Positions 9,130 through 19,643 of a stretch of DNA of 64,000 bases are shown piece by piece. A program made the position numbers and the translations under genes. The notes under the pieces are model-generated. The model searched no databases. It was given only the letters and a program-made list of their open reading frames with translations, and was not told the origin of the DNA. How positions within the stretch are numbered: position 1 is the first letter of the stretch; the number at the start of each line of letters is the position of its first letter. The stretch is from Anaerolineae bacterium (lineage in GTDB: Bacteria > Chloroflexota > Anaerolineae > UBA1429). The DNA is taken from the NCBI GenBank assembly GCA_050949345.1, contig JBMNFN010000001.1, positions 620,786-684,785 on the forward strand, written 5' to 3'.

Positions 9130-10410
9130 TTACTCGAGGGGAAAGGCACGGCAGAGGGCGCGCGTCTCCTGTCGAACGCTCTTGATCACCGCGGGATCAT
9201 CCTTGTGCTGGAGCACCTCGGCGATCCAACGGGCAACCTGCTTCATTTGCGGCGCACGAAAGCCCCGCGTGGTCACGGCAGGGGTACCCAGCCGGATGCC
9301 GCTGCTCACCATGGGCGATTTGGTGTCAAAGGGGATCTGGTTCTTGTTACAGGCCAGGCCCGCCTCCTCCAGGGCTTCCTGGGCGTCACGCCCCGTGATG
9401 CCATAGCTGGAGAGCACATCCACCATCATGAGGTGGTTATCTGTACCGCCGGATACCAGTCGCATGCCCAGTCGTTGCAGCTCGGCCGCCAGCGTTTGGG
9501 CATTCTCCACGATGGCCCGCTGGTAATCGGCAAACTCGGGACGCAGCGCCTCGCCAAAGGCCACGGCCTTGGCGGCGATGATGTGCTCCAGCGGCCCGCC
9601 CTGGATGCCGGGAAAGACAGCCCGATCCACGGCTTTGGCGTGCTCCTGCTTGCAGAGAATCAACCCGCCGCGGGGGCCGCGCAGCGTCTTGTGGGTGGTG
9701 GAGGTCACGATGTCGGCATAGGGCACGGGGCTGGGGTGCACGCCGGCGACGATCAAGCCCGCGATGTGCGCCACATCTACCATCAAATAGCTGCCGGCCT
9801 GATCTGCGATCTCGCGCAGCCGGGCAAAGTCGATGATCCGGGAATACGTCGAGGCGCCGGCGAGTATCAGGCGGGGCTTTAGCTCCATTGCCTGCTCCGC
9901 CAGGGCGTCATAGTCGATGGTCTCGGTATCGCGGGTGACGCCATAGTGCGAGAACTGGTACTCGATACCAGAGAAACTCAGCTTGTGTCCGTGGGTCAGG
10001 TGCCCGCCTTCGGCCAGACTCATGGAGAGGACCGTGTCCCCGTGGTTCAGGAGGGCCAGATAGGCCGCGGCATTGGCCTGGGAGCCGGAGTGGGGCTGCA
10101 CATTGGCGTGGTCGGCGCCGAACATGGCCTTGGCACGGGCGATAGCCAGTGACTCGACCTCGTCCACGAATTCACAACCACCATAATAGCGGCGGCCGGG
10201 ATAGCCCTCGGCGTACTTGTTGGTCAGGATGCTTCCCTGGGCATCGAGCACGGCCTGGCTGACATAGTTCTCTGAAGCGATCAGCTCGATGGTGTCCTGC
10301 TGGCGATCGATCTCCCGGGCGATGGCCGCGGCAGCCTCCGGATCTTGCAGCGCCAGTCGAGCAACGCTCTCACGCTCATAGCTGCGAATTGGATTGGCGG
10401 TGTCCGTCAT
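9130..10410 (-). CDS. glyA: Serine hydroxymethyltransferase
   Basis: Full-length SHMT with the PLP-lysine motif [12 protein letters not shown] and conserved blocks throughout. The six-frame ORF extends 68 codons further upstream, but the [12 protein letters not shown] start matches the SHMT N-terminus. Confidence 0.92.
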   Translation of the reverse strand: MTDTANPIRSYERESVARLALQDPEAAAAIAREIDRQQDTIELIASENYVSQAVLDAQGSILTNKYAEGYPGRRYYGGCEFVDEVESLAIARAKAMFGADHANVQPHSGSQANAAAYLALLNHGDTVLSMSLAEGGHLTHGHKLSFSGIEYQFSHYGVTRDTETIDYDALAEQAMELKPRLILAGASTYSRIIDFARLREIADQAGSYLMVDVAHIAGLIVAGVHPSPVPYADIVTSTTHKTLRGPRGGLILCKQEHAKAVDRAVFPGIQGGPLEHIIAAKAVAFGEALRPEFADYQRAIVENAQTLAAELQRLGMRLVSGGTDNHLMMVDVLSSYGITGRDAQEALEEAGLACNKNQIPFDTKSPMVSSGIRLGTPAVTTRGFRAPQMKQVARWIAEVLQHKDDPAVIKSVRQETRALCRAFPLE

Positions 10411-10514
10411 ACCGGTCTCCCTCCACACTGGGTGCTGGCTGCCCCTGCCCGCCCGACAGGTGCTCGGGGGCCATGTGAGGACGATCAGCCAACGACATTC
10501 GGCTCTGTTACTTG

Positions 10515-10542
10515 TCCAAACGCAATTATACCCAGTGTGTCC
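10515..10542 (-). promoter_or_regulatory. Candidate glyA promoter (TTGCGG-16-TATAAT on the minus strand)
   Basis: The reverse complement of 10515-10542 reads TTGCGG + 16 nt + TATAAT, giving a predicted glyA leader of about 100 nt. Confidence 0.35.
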
Positions 10543-10593
10543 CGGCCCGCAAAAGGGCGTCCAGCTCACTTGTGCCCACTTGCCAGGAGAGCG

Positions 10594-10627
10594 AAACGCC
10601 CGGGTGCTCGACATTCAGCCCCGGGCG
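10594..10627 (-). terminator. Stem-loop plus T-tract downstream of the anti-sigma gene
   Basis: 8-bp GC stem CGCCCGGG / CCCGGGCG with a 15-nt loop. On the minus strand it is followed by TTTCGC, and it lies 30 nt past the anti-sigma stop at 10657. Confidence 0.4.
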
Positions 10628-10656
10628 GTTTGATTGGGTGAACAGCCGGTCTACGG

Positions 10657-11514
10657 TCAGAGGGCGCGCCGGTGCCTGGTCCAAAGGAGCAAGCCGAGAA
10701 GCACTACCAGCAACCCCGCCAACAGAGGAACAGCAAAGCGCAGCAGCTCCCGCGGGCTGGAAGGAGCTTCCGATGCTGCCTCCGAGGCCTGGGGCGCCGG
10801 TTCGTCAGCCACTGCACAGCCTTCGGCCGTCGCCTCAGCGTCACACAGGGGCTCCTCCGTACCAGCAAACTGCTGGCGGGTCCCCTCGCCACCTCCTCCC
10901 CCACCAGGATCCGCCATCGTTTCTGTGGGCGCAGACATGGTGTCGGCATCGAGCATCGCGGATGCTTCCGCAGTGGACTCGGTGCTGGCCACCGGAGACT
11001 CTTCCGGAGGGGCAAGCAGCAGCGCCTCCGGCTCTGCTGCGTCAGCCGCCATGGGCGCCTCCGCCACAAACGCGGCCTGGGCCTCTGGCACAGCCTCCTC
11101 CGGCACACCCTGCTTTTGCATGGGAGGGCCATACGTCGAAGCCATTCTGCCAAGAGAAAGAGAACTCACCGAGACAGCGACTATCAGCAGCAGCGCCACC
11201 ACCGCCGAGCTGGCTGCCAACGCACGCGTCAGCCACGGCGTCCCCGATGCGGGTTGACGCTGGCGCAGTAACTCGCCATAGGGAAGCGACACAGGTCGCG
11301 GCATGAGGGGCACGGCCGCTTGGGCCAGCAGCGCCTTGGTCTGACGCAGCTGCTCCAGCTCTGCGCGGCAGGCCGGGCACTGCGCCAGGTGCCTCTCCAT
11401 CCGTCTCTTTTGCGCCACTGACAGCTCATCATCCAGATAGCAGGAGAGATCCTGCTCTCTGTTGCGGCGGCGCCAACGACTGCAGCGACTACTCATGGTA
11501 AACCGTTCACCCAA
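10657..11514 (-). CDS. Zinc-finger (HC2 / ZAS-like) membrane anti-sigma factor
   Basis: N-terminal H..C..C zinc motif (ERHLAQCPACRAELEQL), one TM helix (AVVALLLIVAVSV), and an acidic low-complexity extracytoplasmic tail. It is directly downstream of the ECF sigma gene with a 16-nt gap. Confidence 0.7.
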   Translation of the reverse strand: MGERFTMSSRCSRWRRRNREQDLSCYLDDELSVAQKRRMERHLAQCPACRAELEQLRQTKALLAQAAVPLMPRPVSLPYGELLRQRQPASGTPWLTRALAASSAVVALLLIVAVSVSSLSLGRMASTYGPPMQKQGVPEEAVPEAQAAFVAEAPMAADAAEPEALLLAPPEESPVASTESTAEASAMLDADTMSAPTETMADPGGGGGGEGTRQQFAGTEEPLCDAEATAEGCAVADEPAPQASEAASEAPSSPRELLRFAVPLLAGLLVVLLGLLLWTRHRRAL

Positions 11515-11529
11515 TGGCCCAGATTACGC

Positions 11530-12186
11530 TCAGGCATCTCGTTCCATCCCTTGGCGATCACCAGCAAGACGGTATTCGGCGGGCAATTGTTCCCCGTTCT
11601 CCAAGAGGTGGTTGCGCAGGTGCACGCGTGCCCGGCTCAGGCGCGATTTGACCGTCCCGATGGAGATGTTGAGTGCTGAGGCGATCTCGCTATAAGCCAG
11701 CCCATGGACATCGGACATGACCACCACGTCACGCTGCTCATTGGAGAGGGTCGCCAGCGCGCGTTCCAGCGTGTGACCCAGCTCCTGGCGCGCCACATAG
11801 TCCTCGGGCAGCTCGTCCTCAGCCTCCAACACATCCGAGTGCTCGTCGTCCTCAACGAGATCGTCGATGGGCGCGGCAGGCCGACGCTGGTGGTAGCGCA
11901 GTTGGTCATAACTGCAGTTGGTGGCGATGCGAAGCAACCAGGCACGAAAGGATCCACCACGGTAGCTGTCCAAAGCCTGGTATGCCCTGACAAAGGCCTC
12001 CTGGACCGCGTCCATGGCGGCATCGGGATTACCGAGGATGCGGTAGGCAACCGAATAGGCCAGCTGCTGATGGGCCTGCACGAGGGATTCAAAGGCGCGC
12101 ACGTCTCCCCGACGCGCCGCCTCTACCACCGGCTGTTCCTGATCGGTGGCGGAAGGACGGCCCAGTGTCAAGCGCATGGGCGGCAA
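11530..12186 (-). CDS. ECF (group 4) sigma-70 factor
   Basis: Sigma-70 region 2 (AFVRAYQALDSYRGGSFRAWLLRIATN) and region 4 HTH (LAYSEIASALNISIGTVKSRLSRAR). Confidence 0.85.
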   Translation of the reverse strand: MPPMRLTLGRPSATDQEQPVVEAARRGDVRAFESLVQAHQQLAYSVAYRILGNPDAAMDAVQEAFVRAYQALDSYRGGSFRAWLLRIATNCSYDQLRYHQRRPAAPIDDLVEDDEHSDVLEAEDELPEDYVARQELGHTLERALATLSNEQRDVVVMSDVHGLAYSEIASALNISIGTVKSRLSRARVHLRNHLLENGEQLPAEYRLAGDRQGMERDA

Positions 12187-12232
12187 GCCTCCTGCTGCAC
12201 GACACGGCCGCCGGCCAAGCCAGGATTTGGTT

Positions 12233-12260
12233 TGACGTTGCCGATTGGTTGCTCTATACT
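12233..12260 (+). promoter_or_regulatory. Candidate promoter for tRNA-Leu (TTGACG-16-TATACT)
   Basis: -35 TTGACG at 12233-12238, 16-nt spacer, -10 TATACT at 12255-12260; the mature tRNA 5' end is 21 nt downstream. Confidence 0.4.
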
Positions 12261-12280
12261 TGACCCGTGTGTTCGCCCCA

Positions 12281-12363
12281 GCCGAAGTGGCGGAACGGTA
12301 TACGCGGTGGTCTCAAAAACCATTGGAGGTTGCTCCTTGTGGGTTCGAATCCCACCTTCGGCA
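12281..12363 (+). tRNA. tRNA-Leu (anticodon CAA), type II with a long variable arm
   Basis: Hand-folded: acceptor GCCGAAG / CTTCGGC, D-arm GCG..CGC, anticodon stem GTGGT / ACCAT with loop CTCAAAA, variable stem GGAG / CTCC, T-arm GTGGG-TTCGAAT-CCCAC, discriminator A. CCA is not encoded. Confidence 0.85.
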
Positions 12364-12505
12364 TGTATGATACGTGATGCGGCAGTGCCGCGCAAGCACA
12401 CAGTTTCCGCAGTGTAGAGTGAGGGAGGCTGTGCGTCCATCGCCGACAGGGTCGCATTATCACCAGTACACCGCTTGCCGGTCGCACACCAAAGGAGTCT
12501 GAGAC

Positions 12506-13423
12506 ATGCCACTCGTCACCAGCAAAGAGATGTTGGAAGCCGCCCACGCCAATCATTTTGCAGTGGGCGCCTTTAATGCCAACAACATGGAGCAGATTCA
12601 GGGCATCATCGATGCCGCCAATGAAGAAAAGTCTCCGGTCATCCTGCAGGTAAGCCAGGGCGCCATCAACTATGCCGGTCTGGGCTATGCCAGCGCCATG
12701 GTCAAGATCGCCGCCGAAGAGTCCAGCGTGCCCGTGGCACTGCATCTGGACCACGGCCCCAGCTATGAGCAGAACGTGATCTGCCTGCGTGCAGGCTTTA
12801 CCTCGCTGATGTTTGATGGCTCCAAGCTGCCCTACGAGGAGAACATCGCCATCACATCCAAGATCGTGCAGATGGCGAACACTGTGGGCATCCCGGTGGA
12901 GGCTGAGCTGGGCCGCGTGCTCCAATCGCGGGACAGCGTGTCCGAGGAAGAGGTCAAGGCAGCCATGACCGATCCCGATCAGGCGGCGGATTTCGTCAGC
13001 CGCACGGGCATCAGCTCGCTGGCGGTGGCCATCGGTTCGGTGCACGCCATGGAGGCCGCCGAGGCAGAGCTGGATATCGAGCGCCTCAAGGCCATCCGCG
13101 CCAAGGTGGATATCCCCCTGGTGCTGCACGGCTCCTCAGGTGTGAAAGAGTCCAGCGAGGTCGAGGCCATCCAGTACGGTATCAGCAAGATCAACGTGGC
13201 CACGATGCTGAACCAGGCCTTTATCCACGCCCTGATCGGCGCCTACGAGAGCGATCCCAAGAACATCGACCCTCGCAAGTGGTTGGTCAAGTCGCGGGAT
13301 GCCGTCAAGGAAGTGGTTCGCGGCAAGATGCGGCTCTTCGGAAGCAGCGGCACCGTCAGCTCTTCGGGCTTTTTCAGCGCTCCCACCAGCCATCGCAGCG
13401 CTGACCTGGGCCATCTCGAATAG
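12506..13423 (+). CDS. fba: Class II fructose-/tagatose-bisphosphate aldolase
   Basis: AFNANNMEQIQGIIDAANEEKSPVILQ, ALHLDHG, GTSSLAVAIGSVHA and VLHGSSG motifs; AAGGAG Shine-Dalgarno before the ATG. Confidence 0.85.
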   Translation: MPLVTSKEMLEAAHANHFAVGAFNANNMEQIQGIIDAANEEKSPVILQVSQGAINYAGLGYASAMVKIAAEESSVPVALHLDHGPSYEQNVICLRAGFTSLMFDGSKLPYEENIAITSKIVQMANTVGIPVEAELGRVLQSRDSVSEEEVKAAMTDPDQAADFVSRTGISSLAVAIGSVHAMEAAEAELDIERLKAIRAKVDIPLVLHGSSGVKESSEVEAIQYGISKINVATMLNQAFIHALIGAYESDPKNIDPRKWLVKSRDAVKEVVRGKMRLFGSSGTVSSSGFFSAPTSHRSADLGHLE

Positions 13424-13444
13424 TCCTGTAGACAGGTCATCAAG

Positions 13445-13476
13445 GGCCCCGGCGCAGCTGCCGGGGCCTTTGTGTT
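13445..13476 (+). terminator. Rho-independent terminator after fba
   Basis: Perfect 9-bp GC stem GGCCCCGGC / GCCGGGGCC with loop GCAGCT, followed by TTTGTGTT, 22 nt after the fba stop. Confidence 0.7.
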
Positions 13477-13554
13477 CCTGTCGAACAGGATTTGATGGCC
13501 CCTTGGGCGCACCCTATACTACTGGCATCAACCGCAAAGGTACCCCAAAACCCC

Positions 13555-15087
13555 ATGCGCCGCACACCATACCTGTTGACCTTGATCCTGCTGCTGTTGT
13601 TCGCACGGGAGCTGCCGCTCAGGGCCCAGAGCGCCGCAGAGCTCACCGTGTTCCATTCACCCTTGTGCAGCAGCTGTCACGCGTTTCTGACACAGCAGCT
13701 GCCAGCGCTGCAGGCAGCCTATGGCGACAGACTCGCGGTCCATCTGGTTGATGTCTCCACAGCCGATGGTCTGGCGCAGATCGAGGCGGCAGAGGCAAGC
13801 GCTGGTCGCTTCAGCAACCCGCTCCCGGTGCTGCTATTGGGCGACAGTCTACTGGCAGATGAGGACCTCTCCCGGCTGACCACGCAGCTGCAGGAGCTGC
13901 TGGCGGCTCAGCTGGGGCCCGCAGCTGTTGCCTCTCCAGTGCCCAGCCTGACCGCTGGGGAGCCCTCCCCCACCCCATCGGAGACGGCCGCCTGGTGCGA
14001 CAGCAAGTGTCAGACCGATCCACCGATCCACGTCGCTTACATCTCCAAGCCCTACTGTGCCGTGTGCGATCGCACCCAGTTGGTACTGGAGGTGGTGGCG
14101 CAGGACTATCCGCAAATGGTGATCCACCGCTTTGATCAGGCGAAAGATGCCGGCCTGCTGGAGGCTATGGCCCGTACGCTGGGCCTGCCGGAGGAGCGCA
14201 GACTGATCGCGCCTTCGCTGTATGTGGGCGACGAGGCACTGGTGGGAGAAGGCGAGGTGACGGCCACGGCGCTGAGAGCGATACTCCAGCGTTACGCATC
14301 CACAGGGGCGCCCGAGTTCTGGACAGAGCTCGACACCGAAGCGGCCTCACAGGGGATTCTGGCGCGCTTCAGGGGTCTCAGTGTTGCCGCGGTGGCTGTG
14401 GCGGGGCTGATCGATGGCGTGAATCCCTGTGCCTTTGCCACGATCCTGTTTTTTGTCTCCTACCTGGCGGTGGGAGGGCGCAGCCGGCGCGACATGCTGC
14501 TTGTGGGCGGCGCCTTTACATTGGGGGTGTTGATCACCTACTTTGCCGTCGGGCTGGGTGCCATGCGGCTCCTGGCCTGGGTGAACGCCGCCCGCGGAGT
14601 CGGCCTGGTGCTGTACGGCCTCATGGCGCTGGCATGTCTGGTGCTCGCCCTGCTCAGCCTGCGGGACTATGCCCTGGCTCGGCAGGGAAATCTGTCAGAG
14701 ATGGCATTGAATCTCCCGGACAAGTGGCGGGCAATGGTCCATCGGCGCATCCGGGCAGGCCGAGGCGCCTCCGTGGGTGCCGCCCTTGCTACGGGCGTCT
14801 TTGTATCGCTGGTGGAGCTGGCCTGCACGGGCCAGGTGTACCTGCCCACCATCTCTTACGTCATGGGTGTGCAGAGCATGCGCCGTTCTGCCCTGGGGTA
14901 TCTCGCTCTGTACAACCTGGCATTTGTGCTGCCGCTGGTAGGCGTGCTCCTGGCTGCGGCCTGGGGAGTGAGTACCCGCCGCTTTCAGCGCCTGTTCACG
15001 CAACACGCCGCCAGCACCAAGCTGGCCATGGCTGCGCTCTTTGGCCTGTTGGCGATCCTGCTGGCGACGCGACTGGCCACACTCTAG
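13555..15087 (+). CDS. Thioredoxin-like periplasmic domain fused to a DsbD/CcdA-type thiol-disulfide transporter domain
   Basis: Signal peptide, then CSSC and CAVC pairs in the N-terminal soluble domain. The multi-TM region carries GVNPCAFATIL and LACTGQVYLP cysteine motifs like the DsbD_2/CcdA transmembrane family. Confidence 0.5.
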   Translation: MRRTPYLLTLILLLLFARELPLRAQSAAELTVFHSPLCSSCHAFLTQQLPALQAAYGDRLAVHLVDVSTADGLAQIEAAEASAGRFSNPLPVLLLGDSLLADEDLSRLTTQLQELLAAQLGPAAVASPVPSLTAGEPSPTPSETAAWCDSKCQTDPPIHVAYISKPYCAVCDRTQLVLEVVAQDYPQMVIHRFDQAKDAGLLEAMARTLGLPEERRLIAPSLYVGDEALVGEGEVTATALRAILQRYASTGAPEFWTELDTEAASQGILARFRGLSVAAVAVAGLIDGVNPCAFATILFFVSYLAVGGRSRRDMLLVGGAFTLGVLITYFAVGLGAMRLLAWVNAARGVGLVLYGLMALACLVLALLSLRDYALARQGNLSEMALNLPDKWRAMVHRRIRAGRGASVGAALATGVFVSLVELACTGQVYLPTISYVMGVQSMRRSALGYLALYNLAFVLPLVGVLLAAAWGVSTRRFQRLFTQHAASTKLAMAALFGLLAILLATRLATL

Positions 15088-15109
15088 CCCCACAGCTCTG
15101 TCCAACTGG

Positions 15110-15143
15110 AACGGGCTGCCTCTGTATTCAGAGGCAGCCCGTT
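15110..15143. terminator. Bidirectional stem-loop between the convergent DsbD-like gene and gnd
   Basis: Perfect 15-bp inverted repeat AACGGGCTGCCTCTG-TATT-CAGAGGCAGCCCGTT with no U-tract on either side, as is usual in GC-rich genomes. Confidence 0.5.
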
Positions 15144-15161
15144 GACCGTCAGCGGGACCAC

Positions 15162-16615
<1,454 letters not shown>

Positions 16616-16631
<16 letters not shown>

Positions 16632-17887
16632 TCGGCCTGTTCACTCTGCAGTCTGTGCAACAATTCCCCGGCCCGGGGAACCAATAGAATACCCTCGTCC
16701 TCCCGGTTCGCATACTGGGCCAAATCCATGCTGGCAGGATCCCGGTACCCCAGGTTGACCCGCTCGCAACGCTCCCGCGGCACACCGGTGGCCAGCACCA
16801 CCTCCACGCGGGGACGCTCCACGCCGCTCTCATAGGTGCCGGCGCCCTTGACCAGGGTGGCGTGGGTCATGACGCCTCGGGACTCGCCCGCAAAGCGATC
16901 CATGTGCGCCAGGTAATAATCGCGCACGTGGTAGCCGATGCGGTCGAGCGCCGCACCGTGGGTGTAGGATATCTCGTCGATATGCGGGGCATAGATGATC
17001 ACCGTGCCGCCATCGGCCACCACGGGCTCTACCTTGTACATGCCCTTGCTGGCCGTCCAGATGTCATCGTACAGATCGGGCATCACCGATACGACCGTAT
17101 GAAAGGGATGGGGCATCCAGCGGATGTTGACGCGGGCCGAGATCTCGGCGGCGGCGGCCTGCGCCAGCTCTGGCGTCCCCCAGAACAATCCCGCCAGATC
17201 ATGCTCGCCCACCACCGCCATGGCAAAGCAGGAGCGCTCCCTCGGGATGAGCGCGGCGGCGCGATTCAACAGCTCGCGCATGGGCGTATTCTGGCGCCCG
17301 ATGGTCCAACGGTTGGTGAGCAGCGCCCCGAGCCAATGGCTCAGATCGATCACCCCAGGACCGCTGATGCCGGGGAAAAAGTACTTGTTGCCCCCGGAAA
17401 AGCCCACCACCTCGTGCGGAAACACCGGTCCACAGATCAACAGGTGGTCATAGTCCAGGACCCGTCGGTTGATCTCAACCGGCAGCGCCTCGTGCAGCAG
17501 GCCGTTGCTGAGCGCGGCGATGTCCTCCGCAGGAATGGTGCCCAACAACGTCAGATCGTGAACATAGTCATGGTTATAGAGGCCCACCCGACCATAGGTG
17601 CTGGCGCGCTCCTCGAGGGTGATGCCCAAGTGTCGGCACAGGCGCTCCTCGTCCAGCGGGGCGTGGGTGCCCAGGGCGATGAGCACATCCAGCGCAGCCA
17701 CCTGTGGCAGGAGGGCATCGGCAAGCGTACGGAAACAGAGCGCCGTGGGGCCGCTGCGCGTGGTGTCAGGCAGAATGAGCAGCACGCGCCGATTGCGCAG
17801 GCCGGCCTGCTCCACGCCCTGCCTCAGGATACCCTGGGTCTCTTCCAGCGTAAGAAAGCGGTTGCTGAAACCTTTGCCCACCAGCAT
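16616..17887 (-). CDS. LarA-family (nickel-pincer-nucleotide dependent) 2-hydroxyacid racemase/epimerase homologue
   Basis: The N-terminal LarA_N (DUF2088) region has LILPDTTRSGP. The block FPHEVVGFSGGNKYFFPG matches the LarA GFSGGRK motif that carries the cofactor-bearing lysine. About 423 aa, the same as LarA. Confidence 0.7.
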
Positions 17888-17891
17888 GTTG

Positions 17892-18809
17892 TTACCTCTC
17901 CCAGGGCGGTCTGCTGGGCAGCGCCTCTTGAAAAGCTACCAGCAACCCCGCCTCATAGGCAGCGGTATAGCCGCCATCGAAAAAGCGCCCGAGCGCCTCT
18001 TTTTCAAAGAGACTCCAACTGGCATCCTCCGCGCCCGGGACGATTGGGAAGAACCGAGCGCCGACAGCACGGGCAGCGGCCACATCGCCCAGGGCATCGC
18101 CGATCATCAATACGTGCCCCGCAGGGTAGGAGGCAGCGCCCGCCTTGACCAAATGCTCCTGCTTGGTGCCCATCTCCTGCCCATTGATGGCACTCACGAA
18201 TTGGTCAATGCCGTGCTCTCGCCACTCTCTCTCCAGCGCTTCGGTTGGAGTCTGCGAAACGACCACCACTTGCGCTTCGCTGGCCATCCTTTCAAGGCTG
18301 GTTCGAGCCTGGCCAAAGGGAGAGATCCCGTGAACGATCTCCTCAATGGCCCGGTTCACCGCTTCGCTCCATTCCAGAGCCCGTTCCAGCTCGGGATCCC
18401 CTGTCTGGGCGATGCGGCGAACCAGCGTGAGGTTGCTGGGAGCGACCTCCTCCTGTACCAGGGCACGCACCGCCGGCAGGGGCGGGACGCAAAAGCCACG
18501 CGCCTGAACGGCGGGCATGGCGGCCAACAGATCCAACGTTTTGACGAGGGCCGGCCAGCGGTTCGTGCCCCTCCAGGCACTGTATAGATTGACGAACTCG
18601 GCGGCCTGGCGCGCATAGCGAGACACGGCCTGCAGACCCCAATAACGGATGGTGGCCGGAATAAAGCACTCTTTGTGTTTGCACTCCATGGTGTCAAACA
18701 CGCAGCCATCCGAGTCGACGCCCACCAGGAAGGAGTGGGCAGCTGAATTCTCTGGCTGGCTGTGCGGCACGCCCAAGGTTGCCGCGCCGCTGGCGCTAGA
18801 TGCCGGCAT
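17892..18809 (-). CDS. HAD-superfamily hydrolase (phosphatase)
   Basis: HAD motif I LVGVDSDGCVFDT and motif IV IGDALGDV. The start is uncertain among ATG 18809, 18827 and 18848; all of them overlap the SDR 3' end. Confidence 0.6.
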   Translation of the reverse strand: MPASSASGAATLGVPHSQPENSAAHSFLVGVDSDGCVFDTMECKHKECFIPATIRYWGLQAVSRYARQAAEFVNLYSAWRGTNRWPALVKTLDLLAAMPAVQARGFCVPPLPAVRALVQEEVAPSNLTLVRRIAQTGDPELERALEWSEAVNRAIEEIVHGISPFGQARTSLERMASEAQVVVVSQTPTEALEREWREHGIDQFVSAINGQEMGTKQEHLVKAGAASYPAGHVLMIGDALGDVAAARAVGARFFPIVPGAEDASWSLFEKEALGRFFDGGYTAAYEAGLLVAFQEALPSRPPWER

Positions 18810-19626
18810 AGGCCGTGAGGCCGCCATCGACGACGATGGTGGCGCCATGCACAAAACTCGCCGCCGGGGAAAGCAGCCAGAGCACCGCACCCACCAACTC
18901 ATCCGGGCGACCGTAGCGTCCCAGTGGAGTATGGGACACGATGGCGTGTCCGCGTGGTGTAGCCTCGCCCGTCTCCCGGTCCAGCAGCAGATAGCGATTC
19001 TGCTCGGTCAGCACGAAACCGGGAGCGATGGCATTGACCCGCACGGCCGGGCCCACCTCCTGTGAGTAGTACACTGCCAGCCAGCGGGTAAGGCTGATGA
19101 CCGCTGCCTTGGCTGCATTATAGGCCGGCACCCGTGTCATCGGACGTTTGCCCGACACGGAGGCGATGTTCACGATGGCCCCACTCTGGTTGGCAGCAAA
19201 CACCCGGCCGAACACCTGGCTGGGCACCCACATCGCCAGGCAATTCAAGTCCATCACGCTGCTGAAAGCCTCCACGGGCATGTCGAACAGCGACGCATCG
19301 GGACCAGTGGTGGCCGCAGCCCGGTTGCCGCCGGCGCCGTTGACCAGGCCCGTCACCGTGCCGTAGCGTGCGAGCACCTGCTCCAGCGCACTTTCCACCG
19401 ACACGCGATCCAGCGCATCACAAGGCACCGCCAGTGCATCACCTCCCTGGGCTATGATCGCCTCGGCGCTGCTCTGGGCGGCCTCTGGCCGAATATCGAG
19501 GATGGCGAGCCTGGCTCCTGCGCGCGCCAGCCCACTGGCGATGGCCGAGCCCAGCACCCCGCCACCACCGGTCACCGCCACAACCTGACCCCTCAGAGAG
19601 AACAGCTCCTCAAGATATTCCGTCAT
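18796..19626 (-). CDS. Short-chain dehydrogenase/reductase (SDR) family oxidoreductase
   Basis: TGGGGVLGSAIA glycine-rich NAD(P) motif, the catalytic YNAAKAA (YxxxK), and NAIAPG. Confidence 0.85.
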   Translation of the reverse strand: MTEYLEELFSLRGQVVAVTGGGGVLGSAIASGLARAGARLAILDIRPEAAQSSAEAIIAQGGDALAVPCDALDRVSVESALEQVLARYGTVTGLVNGAGGNRAAATTGPDASLFDMPVEAFSSVMDLNCLAMWVPSQVFGRVFAANQSGAIVNIASVSGKRPMTRVPAYNAAKAAVISLTRWLAVYYSQEVGPAVRVNAIAPGFVLTEQNRYLLLDRETGEATPRGHAIVSHTPLGRYGRPDELVGAVLWLLSPAASFVHGATIVVDGGLTAYAGI

Positions 19627-19643
19627 GGTGCATCGACGCTCCT

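Noticed and set aside
10411-10600. ZTP (pfl) riboswitch in the glyA leader; glyA is a common ZTP target
   Set aside because: I reverse-complemented the leader and found no GGGUCGUGAC / CCGGGGAGC 5' subdomain, only a vague GC-rich resemblance (CGGGCGGGCAGGGGCAG) to the 3' pseudoknot strand. A promoter-like TTGCGG-16-TATAAT explains the region better. An Rfam scan would settle it.
12187-12363. Genomic island or prophage integration at tRNA-Leu
   Set aside because: No integrase, excisionase, direct repeat of the tRNA 3' end or compositional shift on either side. The neighbours are ECF sigma/anti-sigma genes and fba.
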